A DNA stretch of 56,968 nucleotides from a virus (lineage: Duplodnaviria; Caudoviricetes): the IMG/VR virus record IMGVR_UViG_3300046779_001715, positions 1 to 56,968 of that record. One strand, 5' to 3'. This document shows, piece after piece, positions 19,258-26,859 of this stretch; position 1 is the first letter of the stretch; each line of letters starts with the position of its first letter. The notes beneath the pieces are model-generated. The model saw nothing but the letters and a program-made list of their open reading frames with translations. It made no database searches and had not been told where the DNA came from. Made by a program: the position numbers and the translations under genes.

Positions 19258-19584
19258 TCAGGTTATTTCTAATAAACTCACAATAACGTCAGCTGCTGAT
19301 GCATCACTGGTAGAAACTTTTAAAATATCTCCAGCTTCTAAAACTAATTTCTGTTCACCACCTATCGTGATTAGAGAATTGCCTGGATCAATTGATGCCA
19401 TTTTTACCAAATAATAATCTGAAGCACCAGACGTTACAATAACATTTGCAGTTATTGAATTGTTCAGTATGTTTGCGATTGTCATACCAATAACTGTGGT
19501 TGATACACCTACACCTGCTGTGTAAATGGTAGTTGGTGATGTTCCGACTGCTGCTTGTAGTTGATTTTTAAAAGTATTTGCCAT
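19258..19584 (-). CDS. Small beta-rich hypothetical structural/adaptor protein
   Basis: MANTFKN...VIGMTIANI...KLVLEAGD.LKV...DVIVSLLEIT; AAGGA RBS. Confidence 0.7.
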   Translation of the reverse strand: MANTFKNQLQAAVGTSPTTIYTAGVGVSTTVIGMTIANILNNSITANVIVTSGASDYYLVKMASIDPGNSLITIGGEQKLVLEAGDILKVSTSDASAADVIVSLLEIT

Positions 19585-19603
19585 TTAAATTTCCTTAATC
19601 CTC

Positions 19604-19611
19604 TATTTATT
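19604..19611 (-). promoter_or_regulatory. Putative late promoter (AATAAATA)
   Basis: TAAATA core in the spacer upstream of the 108-aa ORF. Confidence 0.5.
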
Positions 19612-19614
19612 TTA

Positions 19615-20634
19615 TCAACTAAAGGCGATTGTGAAAGCAATAATTTCAGAGTTTACATCTAGTGCAGTTGTTCCTGTATTTGCTTTTGCGAATGCTGCTT
19701 CAGCATGTGTATATGCAACATTAGAGTTTGCGAATGCTGCGTTAGCCTGAATGAAGGCACCATTTGCATATAGAGAAGCACCAGCTGCATTGTTGGTTGC
19801 TGTGTTGGCCTGAAGGTAAGCTGAGTTTGCATAAGAACCGGCTGAATTGGCAAAAGAAAATGCCACATTCGCATATGTTCCTGTAGTGTTTTGGGAACCA
19901 TATGCAGAGTTTGCTGCAATGAATGCCGCATTTGCATAAAGTCCTGCTGAATTTGCAGCCTCAAAAGCAGCTGCAGCACTTGCTCTTGCGGTCGTGTCTG
20001 TTGTACCGCCACCACCAGATAATAAATCACTACCGACACCCGCTGATGCAGCAGTCAGGTCAATGTAAGCACCTCTAGCAGAACCACCTTGTTCAAAGAA
20101 TCTTAATCTGTTTTGCCATACATCAATTGTTACACCTGTGCCACTCAAAGTCGTGTTGCTAACAGCTTTACCTAAAAGAATTTCACCGCCTTCATCACCA
20201 CCAACTGCCAATACTGTTAATTTACCACCACTACCAATTAAGAATTCGCCATCAAATGTTGTTCCACTTGTATTTGCAAGTGCGTTGTTTGCTTTATTGT
20301 ATGCTGAGTTTGCTTTATCAAATGCGTAACTAGGATCACCACCTGATGTTGCATTGATTGTGATTGTTTTTGTGGTGGTATTAGTGCTGATTGTTATATT
20401 ATCACCAGCAACAAAAGAAAGTGTATCTGATACACCACCAGCCAATATCAATGAGTTATTGGAATTGATTGTGTCAAACGAGAATTGGTTGGAGATGTAT
20501 GATGTTCCACCAAGACTGTTTTTATAATACAGTTTACCATCGGCGTAGTTGAGAGCAACCTCACCAAATGCAAGACCTGATGGTGTATTTCCTGTTACGC
20601 CTGATTTCTTTAACTGTATTGAGGTGTTTGACAT
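19615..20634 (-). CDS. Fibre protein with Mtd/hyaluronidase-like N-terminal module and Ala/Asn heptads
   Basis: IQLKKS....P..L..GE.A.N..DGKLY N-terminus; ANSA repeats; hydrophobic end EIIAFTIAFS. Confidence 0.65.
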   Translation of the reverse strand: MSNTSIQLKKSGVTGNTPSGLAFGEVALNYADGKLYYKNSLGGTSYISNQFSFDTINSNNSLILAGGVSDTLSFVAGDNITISTNTTTKTITINATSGGDPSYAFDKANSAYNKANNALANTSGTTFDGEFLIGSGGKLTVLAVGGDEGGEILLGKAVSNTTLSGTGVTIDVWQNRLRFFEQGGSARGAYIDLTAASAGVGSDLLSGGGGTTDTTARASAAAAFEAANSAGLYANAAFIAANSAYGSQNTTGTYANVAFSFANSAGSYANSAYLQANTATNNAAGASLYANGAFIQANAAFANSNVAYTHAEAAFAKANTGTTALDVNSEIIAFTIAFS

Positions 20635-20640
20635 TTACTT

Positions 20641-21255
20641 TTAAAAACTTCCGCCATCTTTGATGATACCTAAGTCCGTGACTGTATTTGCAGTCTCGTC
20701 TGTTTTATTTAACACATCAATTTTTTTACGTTTGGCAGGAGGTAATTGTAAATATTCAATCTTTGAATTTAGTTCTTCAATTTGTTGTTTTAATATATCA
20801 ACATTTTTTTTATGTTGTGAACTAATATCAATAATTTTTTTCTCATATTCATTACGAACCGACATGGTTTCTTCTCTGGCTTTAATTAACTCACCTTTGA
20901 ATGTGTCAACGTGAGTTGCCTGATTTTTGATACTATCATAATCTCGGTATGTGTTTTGCAAACTGGATAAATCGGTATTTAATTTCTGTATCGTTTGTTC
21001 GTGTTCAGAAATTTTGTCCTTTAAATCCTTAATTAGATTACTCTCTGTAATACTATTACTATTTCTAGCTTCAATCAGAGCAGTTTCTAACTCTATTTTA
21101 ACTTCATTCAATTCTTCAAGTTTTTTAGAAAGGTCTCCGATAACATCATCAGAGACCTTTGCATTTGCTTGCATAGAAACATTACGAATAACACAATCAG
21201 TCAACGAACTTGTCAGTGTTTCAATATAATGATTCAAATATTTTTCATTACCCAT
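20641..21255 (-). CDS. Coiled-coil hypothetical protein ending in DGGSF
   Basis: E/K/L/I-rich heptads over most of the length; AGGAG RBS. Confidence 0.7.
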   Translation of the reverse strand: MGNEKYLNHYIETLTSSLTDCVIRNVSMQANAKVSDDVIGDLSKKLEELNEVKIELETALIEARNSNSITESNLIKDLKDKISEHEQTIQKLNTDLSSLQNTYRDYDSIKNQATHVDTFKGELIKAREETMSVRNEYEKKIIDISSQHKKNVDILKQQIEELNSKIEYLQLPPAKRKKIDVLNKTDETANTVTDLGIIKDGGSF

Positions 21256-21297
21256 TTCAAACTCCTATCATGTAGAATAATTAATTATATAGTCAAG

Positions 21298-23145
21298 TTA
21301 GAATTGACCTCCATCTAGTGTTGTTGTCCACACTGGAACACCTGCATTGGTTGTTGTAAGAATCTGGTTAGACCATGTTTGGTCGGATGTACCTGCTGCA
21401 GCAGTAACTGCCATTGCATTTGTGCCATCGCCATATACAATACCCTTTGCGGTGAATGTAGAAGCACCTGTACCTCCTTGTGCAACAGTCAATCCAGAAA
21501 TGTCAGCAGCAGTAGCAGCAGTCACACGACCATATGCATCTACTGTCAACGATGTGATTGTCTTAGCAGCACCAAGTGTACCTGTCAAGGTGTATGTGGC
21601 ATTTGCAAGTGTAGAAATTGCACCTGTTCCTGAACCAACCAACAATGCACCATTGGTGAATGTAGAAGCACCAGTACCACCTTGTGCAACTGATAGACCA
21701 GAAATGTCTGCGGCTGTTGCGGCTGTTACACGACCATAGTCATCAACAGTCAAAGATGTAATTGTTTTTGCTGCGCCTAATGTGCCTGTTAATGTATAAC
21801 CTGCATTAGCAATTTGTTTCAATCCGTTGGTACCATCACCAACAACGATTTGACCAGCAGTAAATGTAGATGCACCAGTACCACCTTGGCCAACTGTTAG
21901 ACCAGAGATTGCACTGAATGTTGCAGCAGTTAATCTGCCATACGCATCAACTGTCAATGATGAAACTGTGTTATTTGCAGCACCAGAACCTGTTGCAGTA
22001 TATGTACTGTTTGCTAGTGTTGTCAATGCACCTGTACCAGCACCAACAATAATTGCACCATTTGTAAATGAACTTGCGCCAGTACCACCTTGTGATACTG
22101 CTAGGTCTGTAGTTAATTGCAACTCAGCAATTTTTGCAACAGTAGAAACTTCTAATGTGGATGTTGTGATTGCTGTAGCAAGGATGTTTGCATGTAAGTT
22201 TGCAACATGGAAACCATTGCTAGTAATGTCAATGACGTTGTTGTCTGGTTCAACATTGTAACTATCAAAAATGTAGAAGTCTTTATTACCAGCATGACGA
22301 ATCATACCAGCATGTAAGTTAGCAGAACCATTGTTATAGTTTGCTACCCAACCAATATCAACTACATCAGATACGTAGTTATTACCTGCTAAGTATAGTA
22401 GTGGGTCAGAGACTTCAAGTGTGTCAACATTAATGACTGTTTCTGTACCAAGAACACTCAAGTTACCACTGATAATAACATCACCATCAATAGTTTGAAT
22501 TAAACTTGGAGTATTTGCACGAACAACTGTTGTATCAACACTAAAAGAAACTGCGTTGTCAGATACTGTTGATGTGATACCTTCACCACCAATAAGTGTA
22601 AGTGTATCAGATGCAAGATTAACTGTGTCTGTACCAGTATCACCAGCAATGCTCAATGCAGTAGAGATTGAACTTGAATTTGCGATGGCCATGATACGGC
22701 CGTTTGCAGCAACAGTAACAATAGGAACAACTGATGCACCACCGTATGTGCCAGCAGATAAACCAGAAACTGTATTAAGAGAAGCATTTAATGTAACAGC
22801 AGCAGTACCATCAAAACCAACTGCTGAGGCAGTAATATCACCACCTGAAATGTCGAAGTTTCTTGAGTTTAGTAATTTAGTTGAACTGTTTGCATTACCA
22901 TATAAAGCACCAAAGAAACCGTTATTCTCATCACGTTTGACTAACGTGGATGCAACGTTTGCTGCGGTAGCTGAGTCAACAGTGGAGGTATAGAATTGAC
23001 CACCAATATTAAATGCACCAGTACCATCAGCAGTACCAAAGAATAACGTATTTGATTGATATGAATACGCTAATTCACCTGCTTTCAGTGAACTAGGACG
23101 TCCTGTACTACTAGAACGTTTGATTAAAATTGATGTATTTGCCAT
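21298..23145 (-). CDS. Tail fibre-like protein: Mtd-like N-terminal module, 68-aa repeats, C-terminal DGGQF
   Basis: MANTSILIKRSS..G.P.SL..GELAYS N-terminus; repeated L.V.QGGTGASTFT...LTVD.YGR.TAAT units. Confidence 0.75.
   Translation of the reverse strand: MANTSILIKRSSSTGRPSSLKAGELAYSYQSNTLFFGTADGTGAFNIGGQFYTSTVDSATAANVASTLVKRDENNGFFGALYGNANSSTKLLNSRNFDISGGDITASAVGFDGTAAVTLNASLNTVSGLSAGTYGGASVVPIVTVAANGRIMAIANSSSISTALSIAGDTGTDTVNLASDTLTLIGGEGITSTVSDNAVSFSVDTTVVRANTPSLIQTIDGDVIISGNLSVLGTETVINVDTLEVSDPLLYLAGNNYVSDVVDIGWVANYNNGSANLHAGMIRHAGNKDFYIFDSYNVEPDNNVIDITSNGFHVANLHANILATAITTSTLEVSTVAKIAELQLTTDLAVSQGGTGASSFTNGAIIVGAGTGALTTLANSTYTATGSGAANNTVSSLTVDAYGRLTAATFSAISGLTVGQGGTGASTFTAGQIVVGDGTNGLKQIANAGYTLTGTLGAAKTITSLTVDDYGRVTAATAADISGLSVAQGGTGASTFTNGALLVGSGTGAISTLANATYTLTGTLGAAKTITSLTVDAYGRVTAATAADISGLTVAQGGTGASTFTAKGIVYGDGTNAMAVTAAAGTSDQTWSNQILTTTNAGVPVWTTTLDGGQF
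21450..22105 (-). repeat. 204-bp (68-aa) coding tandem repeat, 3 full copies plus a partial copy
   Basis: The QGG-coding motif recurs at 22085, 21881, 21677 and 21473, an exact 204-bp period. Confidence 0.9.
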
Positions 23146-23184
23146 TTCTCTTCCTTATAAGGTTTAGATTTTATAATTATCCTG

Positions 23185-23192
23185 TATTTATT
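23185..23192 (-). promoter_or_regulatory. Putative late promoter (AATAAATA)
   Basis: Overlaps the stop of the 69-aa ORF, upstream of the 615-aa fibre gene with AAGGA RBS. Confidence 0.55.
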
Positions 23193-23400
23193 AAAAACTG
23201 CCACCGTCAAATTCTACCGGTAATGTTTCTGTAACCACTTGTGTGATGTATCCATTACCTGCAACAGGTATGACAGCATTATTGCTGTTACCGATGAAAA
23301 GTTGATTTGATACGAAAGAATATGCCAACTCACCGTCAGCCAAACTTAATGGTGCCGTGTTAGCATAAGACCTTAATATCTGAATCGTTGTATTTGCCAT
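23191..23400 (-). CDS. Minimal 69-aa protein: Mtd-like N-terminal module plus DGGSF tail
   Basis: MANTTIQILRS...P.SL.DGELAYSF.SN.LFIG is paralogous to the N-terminus of the 615-aa ORF; start overlaps the upstream stop (TAATG). Confidence 0.75.
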   Translation of the reverse strand: MANTTIQILRSYANTAPLSLADGELAYSFVSNQLFIGNSNNAVIPVAGNGYITQVVTETLPVEFDGGSF

Positions 23401-23933
23401 TAAAAGAACCCTGAATCTGAACCAGTAAAGGCAACATAAGATACTGAATTTGATATAACTTGTTGCAATACAACCGGGTTCAATACACCATCAGTTGTGT
23501 TTGCGGTTGTAATACCACCTTGTTGTGTGATAACAATTGCTGTTGGATGAGGAACATCAATTGAAGTTGGTGGTACAAATGCAATAGAACCTGATGTTGC
23601 GTCAGCCTTAATTGCCATTGTTCCAAGAGTGATTGTGTTACCACTTAGAAACAAAGACTTGAAACGCATATCTGGTGCACCTAAATCATACAGTTCATTT
23701 TCAGATGGAACTAAATCACCATTTATTTTTGGTGTTGGTGTGACTTGAAACCCACTGGTATTAGCATCATATGTAACAAAATCACCAGTGCGAGAAAATG
23801 GTGGTATTCTTAAGTCGGAAGCATCTGATAATTTAGTTGTTCCGTAATTGATTGATTGTACCTTTGTGGTTGTCTGTTGACTACCAGTACGTACTTTGAT
23901 TGTCGTAGGCGTATTTACTGTTACTCTAGTCAT
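23400..23933 (-). CDS. Hypothetical fibre-associated protein ending in DSGFF
   Basis: Contains KLSDASD and G.LVP.....YDLG....RFKSLFL fibre-shaft-like motifs; tightly packed in the operon. Confidence 0.65.
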   Translation of the reverse strand: MTRVTVNTPTTIKVRTGSQQTTTKVQSINYGTTKLSDASDLRIPPFSRTGDFVTYDANTSGFQVTPTPKINGDLVPSENELYDLGAPDMRFKSLFLSGNTITLGTMAIKADATSGSIAFVPPTSIDVPHPTAIVITQQGGITTANTTDGVLNPVVLQQVISNSVSYVAFTGSDSGFF

Positions 23934-23942
23934 AGTAGACCC

Positions 23943-24287
23943 TTAAAATACAGTAACTCTAGGCAAAACGTTTACAATTCCTTCTAAAACTCTAGTCACA
24001 TTATTTGATGAACTTTTAATCGCAACATCATACACATATCGTCCTGCTGGTATATTTGCTGTGTTAGCAGAATTAATAGTTAAAGATATTGTTCCGTCTG
24101 TTTCTGGTTCAACAATAGTAATTATAAATTCACCGGTTGTATTAGTGGAATAATATGATTTTCTGATTTGGCCTTTAGCAACGAAATCAGTTAAGTCAAA
24201 AGGATTACCGTTTGCATCATCCAATGTTATTGATGTGACAAAATCGGTACCTTGTTCCAAAAATAATTCTTGATATCCAGCTGCCAT
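23943..24287 (-). CDS. Putative virion structural protein
   Basis: L.LEQG.DF...DLT...A..QIRK.Y...I.L.....T..I..GRYVYDV...RVLEG.V.V.P.VT, a pattern I recognise from T4-like phage structural regions. Confidence 0.7.
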   Translation of the reverse strand: MAAGYQELFLEQGTDFVTSITLDDANGNPFDLTDFVAKGQIRKSYYSTNTTGEFIITIVEPETDGTISLTINSANTANIPAGRYVYDVAIKSSSNNVTRVLEGIVNVLPRVTVF

Positions 24288-24316
24288 GGTTTTTTACTGT
24301 TAAAATTGTTATCCAT

Positions 24317-24324
24317 TATTTAGT
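24317..24324 (-). promoter_or_regulatory. Putative late promoter (ACTAAATA)
   Basis: TAAATA core in the 53-bp spacer upstream of the 114-aa ORF. Confidence 0.55.
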
Positions 24325-24340
24325 AATAATGGAATAGAGT

Positions 24341-25501
24341 TTACCACTCAACGAATACGCCACCACCGCCACCACCACCGCCACCACCAGCAACACCAGT
24401 ATTTGGTGCGACTGACAATGTTTGTCCATTTCCGCCAGCACCTCCAGAGATACCACCACCTGCACCACCGTTTGCATTATTTGCTGTTGAACTTGAACCT
24501 GCAAATCCTAATCCGCAAGTAATTGTGCCACCTAAATTTGTTAATGTGCCATTGCCAGTTCCACCAGCACCACCACCGGAAAGTCCGCCACCTCCAGCAC
24601 CGCCAGCGCCCAGTTGAATATCTACACTGCCAACAGTACCTTCTCCAATTGGTGAGAATTTAGATAATAGTACAGCACCAGTAACATAAACATCACCATT
24701 TGATGGTAATGGTAAATTGCTTGAACTACGGAATGTACCACCGACACCACCAGATGCAACAACATAATTACCAAATGAACTGGATTCACCATTGTAACCT
24801 TGGATTCTACCTGCACTAGACGCATAACCACCACCACCGCCGGCACCAACTGTGACATTTATGGTTGATCCTGGTGTAAGACCAGATACGATTGCTTGGC
24901 CTGCACCACCATTACCACCATTGCCGCCATAACGTGTGTCGCCAGCACCATATGTACCACCGCCACCACCGCCACCGCCACCCCAAAGAGTAACTTTAAC
25001 ACTTGAAACACCAGCAGGTACAGTAAAAATTCCACCTGATTGAAATAATTGGTAACGTGGACCTGAGTAACTTCCACCACCATCTGCTGATATTGGTGTA
25101 TAACCTAAAGCACTGATAATATCAGTGTTACTTAAAGCAACATTTGCAGCACTTGTAATGCGACCTTGCTGGTCTACAGTTACAACAGATACTTTACCTG
25201 AACCGCCATATGTTCCTGGTGTTACTGCTGTGTTTGCCAACTGACTTGATGAAATATTGCCAGTTAATTTAGTTGTAGCAACACTTGCGATTTGTGCATT
25301 TGTAATCAAACCACTGATACTTGTATTTGAAAGTGTCAGAGAAGCATTAGCTGCATATGTCAATCTACCCTGTTGGTCTACTGTAATTACTGGTGCAACA
25401 CCAACACCACCATATGTTCCTGGTGTTACTATTGTGTTTGCAATTTGTTCGGCAGATACATTACCTGTCAAATAAGAGAAGTCTAACTGATTAAATGACA
25501 T
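24341..25501 (-). CDS. Fibre protein with GTYGG..TVDQQGR repeats and a C-terminal glycine-rich domain
   Basis: Two VTPGTYGG...TVDQQGR.T.AAN units, then FTVPAGVSSVKVTLWGGGGGGG...GGVFVEW. Confidence 0.7.
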   Translation of the reverse strand: MSFNQLDFSYLTGNVSAEQIANTIVTPGTYGGVGVAPVITVDQQGRLTYAANASLTLSNTSISGLITNAQIASVATTKLTGNISSSQLANTAVTPGTYGGSGKVSVVTVDQQGRITSAANVALSNTDIISALGYTPISADGGGSYSGPRYQLFQSGGIFTVPAGVSSVKVTLWGGGGGGGGGTYGAGDTRYGGNGGNGGAGQAIVSGLTPGSTINVTVGAGGGGGYASSAGRIQGYNGESSSFGNYVVASGGVGGTFRSSSNLPLPSNGDVYVTGAVLLSKFSPIGEGTVGSVDIQLGAGGAGGGGLSGGGAGGTGNGTLTNLGGTITCGLGFAGSSSTANNANGGAGGGISGGAGGNGQTLSVAPNTGVAGGGGGGGGGGVFVEW

Positions 25502-26856
25502 TACATTTTTCCTTTAATTTCTGCAATTTCTGCTTTCAATTCTCTGATGGCTTCAAATGCTAACGCACACAATTTTTCATAATCAACTGCGAGTGTACCA
25601 TCTGGTTTTGTTCTTACGGCAATTGGAAATGCTGCCTGTACATCATTCGCAATAACACCAAAATCTTCTCTGCGAACAAAGTAACCATCTTCACCTCCAC
25701 GATTGTTAATATATTCATCAGTCCAATCAAATAACTTACCACCAATCGCATCAACTGTATCTAGTGCATTTGGAATAGAACGAACATTCTGTTTGAATTT
25801 AATATCAGAAGTGTAGTAAGCAGTGATATCGTTTGTTGCACGAATTTCACCAGCAGTACCAGATGCAGCAGTGCCAACACCTAAAGAATTAACTTGATAA
25901 TTGTTAGTTGTATTTAATCCATTTGCTGTTGTTGCAGTAGTTGCTGTTGTTGCACTGCCAGCCGTAGTAGCAGTAGCTGCTGAACCAGCACTTGTGGCAT
26001 ATGAAGAATTTGCCACAAACATGGAAGTTTGTGCAGTCCAAATTGGAGCACCTGCGCCACCGCTAGTCAATACAAAACCTGCTGTTCCAACTGTTGTGAA
26101 TCCAGTTTGGTCAGTGGCTTTTTGGTATAATACAGTACCAGTTGCACCACCAATAATATTTCCGGATAGTGATGAAGCAGTATTTGCTTTGTTGAATGCT
26201 AGTTGTGCTTTGGCATCAGCTGCAACACCTTTATCATATGCAGTTTTAACTGAGTTTGGTGCTGCTGCACGACCATCTGAAACGCTGGATGTATCTGAAA
26301 TACTATCTATAAGTGCAACAGCACCAGGTTGTATAACATATTCAATAACCACATTGTTTGCACCAGCTGGTGGTGGAGAACTGAATGTTAATTGTGCGCC
26401 TGTAGCTGTAAATATAGTTGGATATTGTTTAATACCATTTACATAAACACCAACTGTATTCGCACCAGAAACGGAACGAGATAAGTTATAGATTGTTTGT
26501 GAACCAGTACCATTGAAGTATTGATATTCTAGTGTAACACCAAAAGTTGTTTGATTGGTAACTGTTGTAACAGTTTGTGTTGTAACACCAGTGATACGAC
26601 CTTGGCCATCAACCGAAATAACTGGATAAGCAGTTGGTGAACCATAAGAACCTGCTGTTACGGTTGTGTTTGCTAATTGTGTTCCAATAATTTTGCCAGT
26701 AATTTGAGTATTAGCAATACTTGGTGTGGCATTTGCTGCATATGTCAACCTACCTTGTTGGTCTACAGTAACAACTGGTATGACAGTTGCGCCACCATAT
26801 GTACCTCTTGCCACGGCCGTATTGGCCAACATTGAAGGTGTTACTTTTGTTGTCAT
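25501..26856 (-). CDS. Tail fibre/spike with C-terminal intramolecular chaperone (peptidase S74-like)
   Basis: YTSDIKFKQNV..I.NAL...G..FDW...GVIA.DV...P.AV...LAVDYEKL..L..EAI.EL is the autocleaving chaperone signature. Confidence 0.85.
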   Translation of the reverse strand: MTTKVTPSMLANTAVARGTYGGATVIPVVTVDQQGRLTYAANATPSIANTQITGKIIGTQLANTTVTAGSYGSPTAYPVISVDGQGRITGVTTQTVTTVTNQTTFGVTLEYQYFNGTGSQTIYNLSRSVSGANTVGVYVNGIKQYPTIFTATGAQLTFSSPPPAGANNVVIEYVIQPGAVALIDSISDTSSVSDGRAAAPNSVKTAYDKGVAADAKAQLAFNKANTASSLSGNIIGGATGTVLYQKATDQTGFTTVGTAGFVLTSGGAGAPIWTAQTSMFVANSSYATSAGSAATATTAGSATTATTATTANGLNTTNNYQVNSLGVGTAASGTAGEIRATNDITAYYTSDIKFKQNVRSIPNALDTVDAIGGKLFDWTDEYINNRGGEDGYFVRREDFGVIANDVQAAFPIAVRTKPDGTLAVDYEKLCALAFEAIRELKAEIAEIKGKM

Positions 26857-26859
26857 TTA

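Noticed and set aside
12493-23400. Diversity-generating retroelement, suggested by Mtd-like N-termini and near-identical repeats
   Set aside because: No reverse transcriptase or non-coding template repeat in the window. Mismatches in the pair checked are mostly synonymous third positions and not sense-strand adenine-specific.
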